Part shown: one piece after another, positions 27,821 to 39,800 of the stretch
How the letters are laid out: every line of letters begins with the position of its first letter
Numbering within the stretch: position 1 is the first letter of the stretch
From: Lingula anatina
Lineage: Eukaryota > Animalia > Brachiopoda
Direction of reading: 5' to 3'
Assembly: GCA_051362555.1 (NCBI GenBank)
Contig: CM120641.1
Span: 24,806,401-24,870,400, forward strand
Length of the DNA: 64,000 nt
The notes under the pieces: generated by a model
Databases searched by the model: none
Told to the model about the DNA's origin: nothing
The model's input: the letters and a program-made list of their open reading frames with translations, nothing else
Translations under genes and position numbers: made by a program

Positions 27821-30800
27821 TGAGTTTGTGCAAAAATGATTCAATAGTAGAAATAGGATTTAAAAATGCACTCATATAAATATTTCTATAAAAAAAAAGA
27901 AAAGTATGAGTGAATTTTTGCCTCTCAAGTGATTCCTTGGGTGTCATTAGTCAGAACTACATGTTCTTCACTCAGTTGACATGTGATGTTAAAGTTTTCT
28001 AATGAAATAAGTAAGGCATAAGCTTATTGCTCATTTTCATTATTTTCATTAGCTTCAGGACATGGGTTTGTGGACATCAGAAGTTGACCCACTGACATTG
28101 GTACCCATTTTAGCTCTGTTGAATTTAACCGTATTTTACCAATCTGTTCACCTTTTGATGCCAATTTGTAGTTGTCCAATAATTGTGGGTAGTCTAATTT
28201 ATTTTAAAGCTGCTCTGTACTTTACAACTGTTCACCTACACAGTAAACAGAAAAGTGTTGTTATGTGCAAAAGATCTTTAACAATTTTTGACACAGCATA
28301 AGCATTTTACAGGAATGAGATTTTTCCAACTAGTGGCAATTTCCAACTCTTTGAGAGCCAAAAATATCATTGTCCTGGGAAGTCCACTAGATCCCATAAT
28401 TTCTGACTTTTTCACTAAATGTCGGTTTCAACATTGATTTTAAATCTGGAAAAATTTGACACATTTAATGTAGCAACATTTTTGGAACTTGGGGGAAACA
28501 AATAATAATTAGCGTTTGATAATTCCAGATAGACAGTACAGTAGGGAGCATGTGCTTAATGGCATCTTTTTCATACAAGTAATCTTGTATTTGGTGGATT
28601 AATCCTGTTTTGACTTGTCTTGTACCAGGCACTTGAGACTGAAAACAGGCTCTAGTGCCTTTGATTAAACAATTAAAAAAGTGAGAACTTAAGAGCACCA
28701 CTTTAGACAAATACCTTAAATGCCAGAGAACAGTTCAGAATTTTGCAAGATGTTGATCCTCTTAAAGAAAAGAGACCTTTTTCCTGGTGCAACCAAAATG
28801 AAATTGCAATTTTTGCTGTTTTTGATTAATTTGTCAGTAGTGATGCTCACTTCATCGAACATCACGCAAAGTCAAAGATTATCTCTAAAGCAGCAAATGA
28901 AGAACAGCACTTGCCGGTAAGATACTAATAGAGAATTTAATAAAATAAATACAGGATAGAAATGGCGATTTTGTACATTGAATGGACTTGAATTTTATAA
29001 GGGTATCTATAAGTATGTCTATGTCTCAGTATTGCAAGTGTTTTTTAAACTGTTGGTCTGCCTTTTATATAGAACACTGTTCTTGCAAAAGATCAGTTGG
29101 CATTGCTTTAATTGAGCAAACGTTCATTAACAGTCTTTCATTGTTTGACATACTGGAAGGTAAAGGAAGATGAGGGTTCCAGAGTAGTAGCAAATGTCTG
29201 ATCGTGTTTTTGTTTCTGATGCTTTCCTGCAAGTTTGCTTTCCATTCCTTCCCTAAGGGGGTTTATAGATGGACTAAGGTGCCTCCAAGGAATTACCCGA
29301 CTTGCTTATTCCCTCCCCTCATCAGGTAATTAGAATGTTCCATTGGCCAATTTTACCTGCAGTCTCCTTTGCAAATTACACCTGTGTGCTGTTGGTCTTA
29401 TAAGTATCTTTGTGAGAAAGCAGGTTTAATCAGTGTTCGTGTCCAGGGATTAATTAGAAATACTTCTTGCTTCAACCCTTACTCTAGGGGGTCACATCCA
29501 GTTGCAATTTTAATTAATCACACCTAGCACATTGAGCCTCAGAACTAAAAAAAAAAGTACATATTAGAGATTTCTTCTGTCACTTCATAGGTCTTTCTTG
29601 TAGTTGAATTGATTATTGTTGTTCAGTTAGTAAGGTCTTTTTTAGTAGGTTAAGTGAATTCTGTTGTTGTTTTTTGACAATGTTTCTTAAACACCAATGT
29701 ACAGGTTTAAGCTGATTAGTAAAAAAAAATGTAGGCTAATAACATATTGTTGGAGGGTGGGGAATTACCAGTTTATTGTCTATGCATCTGTAACAATAAA
29801 ATTATTTGTTTGATATTTTAAACTTGATTTCTATTATTTTGGCCAGCTATATATTTAGTTATGGTTCATTATTGGCGACTTATGTTAAATGGTTCCTTTT
29901 TATAAGATCAGTTGAATAGCTAATTTGGCCTTGAGACATATTTTCAAGTTTTTTTTTACCCTTAGTGTTGTTGGTGTCAAAAGAAATTTCTTTCTATCTT
30001 AACAAAATTGGAAATCCAAACTAACAGAGTGATCTTGAGAAATTAAAACTTGACCTAATTAAAGCACTCGTGCACATGCACGTTACAGTTAAAGGTACCT
30101 TGGCTGGGTGTTTTTAAGTTAATGAGCATGGTACATCAGGCACACAGAACCTTTCATGAATAACTTAGCATGACTGAGAACAATTATTGTCTGTTGAAAT
30201 GGAGTTCTAAGGTGGTCGACTATCATGATAGGGTTACCTTTACATCTGTATGTCTCCAACAATTGCGTAACATATTCCTTTCATATTTGGTTTCTTTTTT
30301 AGTGGAACCCAGCATAATTTATGTGAAATATGTGTATTATATTTTAAAGTTAATGAATCTACCAAGATAGGTGAATATTCCGTAGTCTGTTGTACATATT
30401 GTACATAGTATATTTATCGCTCAGCATATATATATATATATATATATATATAAGATGCGATGAAACTGGTGGGGGTAAAATAACTGCTGTTTTTTATTTC
30501 TTTTTGTCACATATATAAGACACTAATTATTTGTGTATTATTTATTGGCAGACTGAATATTAAATTTACTATATCTTACTTTGTGACATATGGGTTTTGG
30601 ACAGCCTGACACACAATGTTGGAATTTCACCAGCATTTTGATGTATTGTTATTTATTTTGATACCAACAAATGAACTTTTGATGGCCCACTCCCCATTAT
30701 GTGTTAGCTTGGCAATGGGTTTTAGCATGCTAAATGGCAGTGTAACTGTATTGTTACACTTACACGCAATGAATATTCATGAATTATATCAGCCTTAAGT

Positions 30801-33800
30801 TACCATGGCAATTTGATTTAGATTGGCAAAGTAATGTGTCCTTTGCTGATTCTCGCTATTAGCAGGAAGAAGAGGTCACACATGTTTATGTATTGGAGGA
30901 AAAGTGTCCATTGAAGCAAGTCCAGAAGTAGTTGCAGTTCAAAGTGTCTGGCAGTGCATGCATCTGCATATAGAGCTTCTATTTCCTTTCTGGGTAAAAT
31001 AACCAATGAAGCTACAGGGCTTAATGACCTCCTAAACTAGGACCATATCAAGTTTCAGGAATTTGCTCATAATTTACATGCAGTGTAGCTGTACACTGAG
31101 GTCACAGCGTTTCTGCTCTGGTTTGGCAACAAAGACTATTACTTTAAATCAGTTTACTAAACTGTGTGCCCATGAAAAGCTGGATTGTACTCCCAGCAGG
31201 ATTTGGAAGTGGAGGTTATAAAGTCAAGACTACAAATATGGTAAATATGGAGAGGCCGTGTGGTAAAACAGACCTAAAGTCATTCCATATGCTAAAGCAG
31301 ATTTGAAGATGGTTTTTGTTAGTTTTCCCTTTCTTTGTTAGTGTCTGACTCATTGGCTTGTTCCGCATGAATATATCATGCCCAGAGGAGATATTTCATT
31401 AGTATTGAAAACTGCAGGCAATCACGTCATTGGCAACTCCACCATTAGTGTATTCAATATAATATCACCTCCAGGGAGAGCTGGCTAGCTGATAATTTGT
31501 ATTCTTCTGGTGTGCACTATATGCAGTGTAGTTGGAACAGGAGGACTCTCAGCACTTGAAAACAATGACTCTAGAAGTGCTGCCAAGACCCATGCTTGTT
31601 AACTACAGGATGAACGAGAGTGGAACAGGAACAAAGACATTTCATATACCACATGTACAAGTAATGTTGGAGATGGAGTGTTTTTTTTTTACCAGTCTTT
31701 CTTTTTAGTGACAATTCTGTTTCGATTACTCTCTGTTCCTGAAGTATAAAGATGGTTGATTCACATGAAAGTTACAACTGTGATGGATGTTTCTCTTTGT
31801 TAGTTTGTCATCCAGACCCAAGGGGTTGATGATTGAGGATGGATGGCATACAAATAACTGTTCTCAGTTTTCTTGTTGTAGTCAGGCAGTTGTATAACTG
31901 ATAACCTATACATCCAAGGCTGTTTTAGTGAAACCCCTGCTGTGATCAAAAGGTTAAATTATGCAGCTTTCAGACAGCTCTGCAGAATATGTGCATCTTG
32001 TAATCTGTTTATTATCCTTAGCAGACAGCATTTATATAATATACTGTATGAATGTACTGTTTCTTTGTTTTGGTGTTAGAATCTGTTGTTCCAGAAAAAA
32101 ATCACTGATGAGTCTTGGTTCAACCATGCGTATTATCTTCATGCTCATTATCCGGAAGGGGTCTGGAATGTCAGTTTAGTCTTTCAGATATACAGTTGTG
32201 TAGAAATAGTGTGTTCTGTGCATTTTTAATCGGTTTTCTTTCAGTTATCCATTTTCTTTATCTTAGTGATCCAAATGGTTTTAATATTTTTGGTGTCCTT
32301 TGTATGCAACTCAAACTGTTAAAATCTTGTTATGTATCTTAATCTGTTTAACAAGATGGGCATTTTGGATAATATTTTGAATATCATATATTGTGTTAAT
32401 CTTAAATGTATTTTCATTGTTGCAGCACATGGTGCAGAATCAGATGACCCCCACGTACCCTGCATACTCACAGGCCAGTCTGCCCGTGCCTGAAGAATTT
32501 ACTCAACCACAGACTGTTGTCACATCAACAGCAGACCAGACACAGACAGTTCCCTTTTCTACATCACCACTAGCACAGAATGGTGTCGAGCAGCAAACAG
32601 TTAGTTTAGTAAGTATTTTTAAAACTGTCTAAAATATGTGAAAGATAGTGTTTGGGTGATTATGGAGATACCTTGGTTGAATAAATTGTGGGAAGATATA
32701 TGTGGAGATTATGATGAACAATATATATGTATATGGTGTATTTTCTTAGTTCACAGAAGAAAAACATTTCTGTGAAATATTGAACTAAATCTAGAAATCA
32801 AATTTTCATAATTTGTTACATTTTATTCACTCAATATTGGTGGTGGATGGGAATCAGTTTCATAATAAATATTTTAATGCAATCTGACAAGTACAATGTA
32901 CTTATTGCGTCCTTAAGACGTCAGAAATGTTTTTGTTTATTATTTAAATCAGAAATCCGATTTTTTTTCTTTGGACTTTTCCTACTTAACTGGTCCCCAG
33001 ATCCTATTTAGGCCACCAAGCCATTTCCTCCTACTTAATTCTTAAAACCCAAAATCATGTCTTCAGCATATAAACTGAAGCCTTTCAGCTGCCTTCACAC
33101 ACCAGCATGTGCTTGGATTGCCACCAGGAGACCATATAAAACATCCCTATTATATTGCTTCAATATTTTGATATTTGGCTCTAAGGTGTGCCAACAAATA
33201 TTTTTAACAGAACTGAATCACACCATATGGTGCTACTTTATGATATTATTCCACAGCAGTTTTAAAAATGATGTATTTCATTATAATTGTCTCATATGAA
33301 AAAAAAAAAAAAAACTCCTTGCTAACCATAGAATGTAAAAAAGGAAGCTGATTTATGTATTGACATGTTGTTGTTTTCCATATCCACGTGTGTATATGAA
33401 TAATATATATGCCTTCCATGCTGACAGCTAAGATACTATACCAGTTACCCAACCGTTTTACCAGATTAATAAATTATTCAAATGTAAATGTATGTTACTG
33501 TCTTCCATGCCCCAAATCTACTGTACTTTGCAGATGTGTGCCAGCTCTTCTACTAATAAATTGGATCTGTATGTGGAGTTGAACCAAGCACCTGCTCCAG
33601 TCAATTTTAGATTAAAATGAGAGAGCTAATGCTGCATGTAACAGGAATAACATGAAACAGTTAGCACTTCACCTTATACATTGAGTTTATCTGAGCAATT
33701 AAATCATATCAGAGTGTTTCATATCAGAAGACTTGTATATTGAACATATCTTTGACAGTTTGGAAATTCCCCAACAAAGTTTAATATATATGGATCGGTT

Positions 33801-36800
33801 TCTCCAGCTGTAATTAAAATGGGTTAAATGGAGGGTTCTTTTATATCTGATATGAGGAGATAAAGTGCTTAGTACATTTGTCTTAATGAGGTTCTATATT
33901 TTAGTGTCCATATGGCAAAATGAAGTCAGACAATGAAAGTGAGATTATTATATGGTGATAGTGGTATCTGATTGAGTGACATTTTCATGCAACATGGCCC
34001 ATAATTAGCATAAGTGGATCGTGCTGGTGTGTACAGCATGCCCTTTACTCTGCTAACAGATCATCTTCGGCCGCAGCATGGGAGTAATATTTATGTCCGC
34101 CATGTTTCCTGTGGGAAATTCTTAATCATAAACAAGATAATAGCTTCTCTAGTTATAACGGATATTATTTTCCCTAGTTTTCATCACCAGTGTTGTAAAT
34201 GTGATTACATATATATGCCATAAAAAGACAGAGGTTTATGTTTGAGTAGCAATGTATAATCCCATATTCTGGTTTACATTTTACATTTATGTTATGAAGG
34301 AGCAACCTTAAAGAAAAAAATGCCGTTATTTACTATATAAATGAAGAGTGTGTCAATGTGCCCAGCTGTATTGCTAGAAGTTAATAGCATGTGGCATTCT
34401 TTCAACCCATTATGTGTTAGATAATGGGGTTGAGGGGCATCTATGCAGCAATTGTTTGACCATGCCAGACATGCAAGGGCAGGGGAGATCATATCTGGAC
34501 TGGGCCCTGTAATTATAGGGTCCTTGGTGTCTGTTTTCCTCTGGTATCAGTGTCATTGTATAGGGACAGTACAACAGCAGAGGTTGTGCAAGGGTGAGCT
34601 GCACTACATATGTGTCTAATGATTCTGGTAAGTTTCTGTTGTCTTAAAAGTGGAAATTGAAAAGTTTTCTTTGAAAGAAGTCCATATAGTTCAAGATGAT
34701 TTGTATCTGTAAAATAAGTTCAATTTTGGAATTTTGCTGCCTAAAAATCAATCTGTAAGAGTCACTTAAGGTCCATCTTACCTGGAGTGAAAAAAAAAAA
34801 AAAAAAAAAACAGATGAACCCAGTGATTAGAGACTTGAAAACATTAACCAAAATTCTAAGTGATCTATAACAGGAGGAGGTATCTGGAAAAACATCTGGA
34901 AAATGGAATTTCTTAAAAACCATAGTTAAGCCAGGAAAGTAAATGTCAAATCATTGAAATAAGCTAATGGGCTGGAGGGTCTTTTTTTCCAAGACCAGAC
35001 AGGTGTAGTTCAGACCAGTTCGGAAAGGAAGTAGATTTATTTAATTGCAAGGATGCTTCCTTTTGTTTTTTCTATGTCCAATTAAAGGATTCCAAGCTGA
35101 CAGTTAATGAATGGCACGGGCCAATCAAATACAATAGGGTGGCTTAAAATTTTGCTGATTTTGGCAGCAGCTTGTTGTGATTGAATGCAGGGGTCCCATT
35201 ACTGCAAAAGTTTTATGGTGAAGGAAGGGTGTGACATCGTCAATGGCCACATGGTACACTGTCACAGCTGGAATTGAACAGAATGGCCAGATATTTTCCT
35301 AGATAAATATCATCCAGCGAACATCCACTATCATAACACATGAACTAGCACTGGGTAAATTAGGCTTGGATAATGTATAGATGAGAGAGTTGGAGAAATA
35401 CTTCCAAGACCTCTGGAAAATAGATTTTTAAGAAGACGTAGATAAAAAAGAACGGAACAGGGCAGCTCCAACATCCAGAATCAAGATTGTGAGGAGTGGT
35501 GCCTTATTTGGGAAAAAGATGATGATGGTAATGTGCTTAGTGCCAATCGTATATTAAAAACAGAGAAATAGTCTTACTATCCACATGTTTTTAGGATTAC
35601 AAGGGCTGTGTGGTTTGTTTTTCTAAAAAGTTGCCAATAATTTGTCAGAAGTGATAAGTAAGAAGTTTTCTTGGAAATTGGCTGTAGTTTGTTTCTGTCA
35701 GAGGCGGCCTATGTAAGCAATGTCAGATATGATAACTTCTAGGGAATGTTAACATTTACCTGGAGAGAGAGGTATGATGATAGCATGGGGTGGGGCCATG
35801 AATAGATTGAAAAGTATTTATAATTGTTGTAGATTGACATTTCCAGGTGCAAAGCCTGACTGCATCAGCCTGAAGAGGTATAGATTTGCTACCTAAAACA
35901 TGAAAAACTGTGAAAAGACAACATGGAAATTGATGTAAAATTAAATTCAATGTTTGCTGAGAAAAGTTTTTCTTATGTTGAAAAATAACTCTTTTGATGT
36001 TTAGAGAAGCTTTTGCACCCTGTGGCAGAAACTGTAACATTATTTGCATGTAAAGAGAATAAGCATTAATTGTTCCCTAGCAATAATATCTTCCATAAGT
36101 ATGTCCTGTTGTATTGTGACTTCTGGCTATTTTGTCATTGAGCCAGCAGACTGATGAAGGATTTCTGGCACCAAAACAAGTTAATAGGAACATTTTATAT
36201 TTAGCCTCACTTATACATAGTAGTTGTGGCATTTAGAGTGCTGTTAAATGTATGTGAGAGACTTCATAAATGAGGATTTTAAAGCAGGGGAAATCCTTAA
36301 AGGGAAGATGCTCCAGAAGTTTAAACATAACATGAAGAGGGAAGGAAACATGTAGAAATTAGTTGCATTGTTGTAGCACCTAATATATTTATGAGCCTTT
36401 CAAATAAACAGAATCTGTGTAGAATAAAGAGGTATTGGTTTGCCATATGTTTGCTGCCTATGGCAAGGTCCATTGCAAGTTTATTCCTACAGTGACCTCT
36501 TCTTCCTCCTTGGCACCATCCATATGGATTAACAAGACCTACATGTGGGCGCATGTAATTTACAGTACACTTAATGCAGTACAGGCTGTAGTCCAATAAT
36601 GCTTACTTTGATAAGGGATCCTGTTATATCTAGGGTAACCCATATGTAACAGGAATATCAGTATTGCTTTCATTTATTGCAATTTTTTTTTTGTTTTGAA
36701 AATACATGAATTTACATGAAAAATTTCAGTCATTGTTGTGATGTGGCCATGTTTGTTGTATTAACCGATTACAGTGACGTCATATTTGCTCCGTAACACT

Positions 36801-39800
36801 CGTCCAGCGGCCATTCTGGAGGGAAAGAACGACGGGGAATAGTAGCGTAAATATAGGTGAACCAAATAAAATGAAATAATCTTCATATCGTGATCAAGTA
36901 CACCAAAAGGAAAATAGTATATACATGTGAAAACTTCAGCTGATCAGCGTGATCGACCCATATAAACTCAAGACAGTCCAAAGACGTGAAATCCTGACCT
37001 ACCCCTGTATCCCAACATCGTGGAATGTTGTCAGAATCTAGTTCAGTTATCTTGTACTTCATTTTTCTTGTTCATTGGGTAATAACAGTTATAGTTTTAG
37101 AGAGTTTACTGTGTAATCATAAGTTAAACCTTTCATAGAAGCAACTTTTTACATGAAGGATAGATATAAGGAGAAATTTGAGCTGACTATCAGGATCAAC
37201 CCTTACGGACTCAAAGAAGACAGTATGCAGGGTTGTGACAAGAAATATTGCTGTCAGATATGATTTAACTGTACATCATGAAGCTGTCAGAAATTATTTC
37301 AGCATTCTTGTGCCTCATTTTGGTTCATTAGGAAGTATTTGTAACATGACTGTTGTTTGAGAGTTCAACATTTTACCATGAATTCAACCATTCACAGTAG
37401 CAACATTGTTAGCATTTTATTATTAGTCCAGACCTTCACAGAAGCAATGTAATTTTCAAACTTATGACATTCAATGTAACATAACAACAAGTCAGTTCAT
37501 GAATTGATCTTTATTTGATTGAAAATATAGGAAAATGCACATTTTGTATGGATAAAAGTAAACATAAAATGCAAAACATTGTTGCACAATTCAATAACAG
37601 ATTATCAGGGTCCCTTTCCTTTTGGTTGATAACACTGACATGAAAAATATTTCCATACTTTCAATGATGCAATGCAACATGTACATGAGCATATTAAGTC
37701 GAATCAAGCCACCATAATTTGAGGAACCTGTTTAGTATATTTTTAATCTATGTCTAGAGAAATGCTTGATTGAAGACTCACAATTGATATGTGCTGTGTG
37801 GGTATGTAAGGCCTTAGATGGTGTTACTAAGCAGTTTGTAATTTTATTTAGGAGAATTCCACAACTGGTGGTCGCAATTTAAAAATGCACAACCTACATG
37901 TACAACAGCCATCTGTTTCTGCATATCAGACCATCTGTGGGAGGTGCACGATACAAAATTTTATATTTCTTGCAAACTTTTCCATTTAGCCTTTAAAAAT
38001 ATGAGAAAGAAAAAGTGTTTTCATTTCTTCTTGTGCTTCTGCTCACAATTCTAAATAAATAGAAAACCTGTCCTTGTTGTATGCAAGCTATCAGGATAAC
38101 AACTTTAAAACAACAAATGAACAATTAAATAAATAAACAAATCCAATTAAATAACTCCTGTCATGCACTGAATTTCACTCTCCTGATGTTCAGATCCTGT
38201 CTCCTCAGCTGGTCACAAAGATATAAGAATATTTTTTCACTGCTTCTACCTTGTGTGCCATCTAGCTGCCTTTTGTACCTGTCACCTTTTTTTTTTTTTT
38301 GGATAACCAAGATTTATTTGCACCCAATCATTCAGTGTGGCTTGGTGGGAAAATGTCAGATCATTTTCCTAAATGTTAATTAACAAAAAAAGGTAACAAT
38401 AGTTATTTTTATTCACATTGTAAAACACAGAATTCAACATTTTTCAAATTCATTTCAGTAAGTTCATTCAATTAAATGGTACCTGAGCTAGAATATATAC
38501 TTACAAAACAGATTTACTCTTAACACTACACTAAATCTAAAATCAAGCCACTTACTTCCAAATACACATGACACAGGTAATTGATTTAATTGGCCCAGCT
38601 GAGCTGTGTACATTGTACTGTAGCCTTGACACTAATTGACAATAATGCTAACCAGGTATTAAAGAGGTAGATGACAGCAGATAAAATCCAAAGAGCACCA
38701 TAACTGATAACAAATTACACCCAAGGCAATAAGTGAGTCTTCATAATGAAAGTCGAAACCCTGCCTGGGTATTTCCACACGTTTTTACAACACTCTCTCC
38801 ACCAAGACTTTTTGGGCACTACTAATATGCAGTGTACGTGCGCTCATATCTTATACACCTCGGTCATTGGTTTTCTACTTTTTTTCTTTTATGGTAAAGG
38901 CTGCACAGCTGGGTCTTCATTCTTTGCTGTAAAATAAATTAGTTTTATCCTTTACTTGTCCGATGAGTCTTGGTTCAAAGCCACTCCTCAGTCTCTCCTC
39001 CGTTTACGGTTTTCGTCCCTACACCTTGGATTGTTACCACTGCAGGCAGTCTGTGAACACTTGTAAAGTTATTTATCTTCTCTCTATCATATACCCTGCA
39101 GTAATTCATCATTTTACTCGGTTTAATATCAAAGAAAACACAGAAATTAAATGCTAAATTGTACATGTAGACATGATCATGCGCAGCAGACGATTCCGGT
39201 CTCCCTCCAGTATGGCTGCCGTTCGTTTTGATGACGAGGGCTAAAAGGGGTTAATAAAGATAAATGTATCTGTACATTTATATTTTTACAAGACATGTTT
39301 GAACTCACTACTTATCGTGCTTTTTTTCACCTGCATTTCCAGCAAACAGACCTAGACAATGAAGTTGGGCCCCAAATCCAAGGTGCGGCACCTACAGTAT
39401 CTTCAAATTCAGGACCTAAAAGGTTACATGTGTCAAATATACCATTTAGATTCAGGGAGGCAGATTTACGGCAATTATTAGGGGTAGGTATCTCTTTTCA
39501 CTCGTGTTGATAGTAGAGCTTGAAAGTGCTTGGGTTCTCAATGAAGGAGAAAGTTGGATTTAAAAAATAATAACTTCGTTTAAATACCTATCACAGTATT
39601 TCAAGACATTTTAGAACTCTGTCCTCTTTGAGCATTGTTGGGTAAAAACATTTTCCATTTGACATTGTTAGCATTGTCATATTGCAATATAAGAAATATT
39701 AGAAGTACAAATTAATGAACTTCTTAATTGGCTGAGCAGAAGGCCAGCACCCTTAGGCTTTCAGAGCTGGAAGCATCAGTAAAGTAGGCCAGTCAGTTGA

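Noticed and set aside
858-31006. Dozens of 60-150 aa ORFs in Rbfox intron 1, and similar ones in other introns
   Set aside because: Low-complexity F/L/I/Y-rich translations of AT-rich intron, often with non-ATG starts, no recognisable domains and no coherent splice phases.
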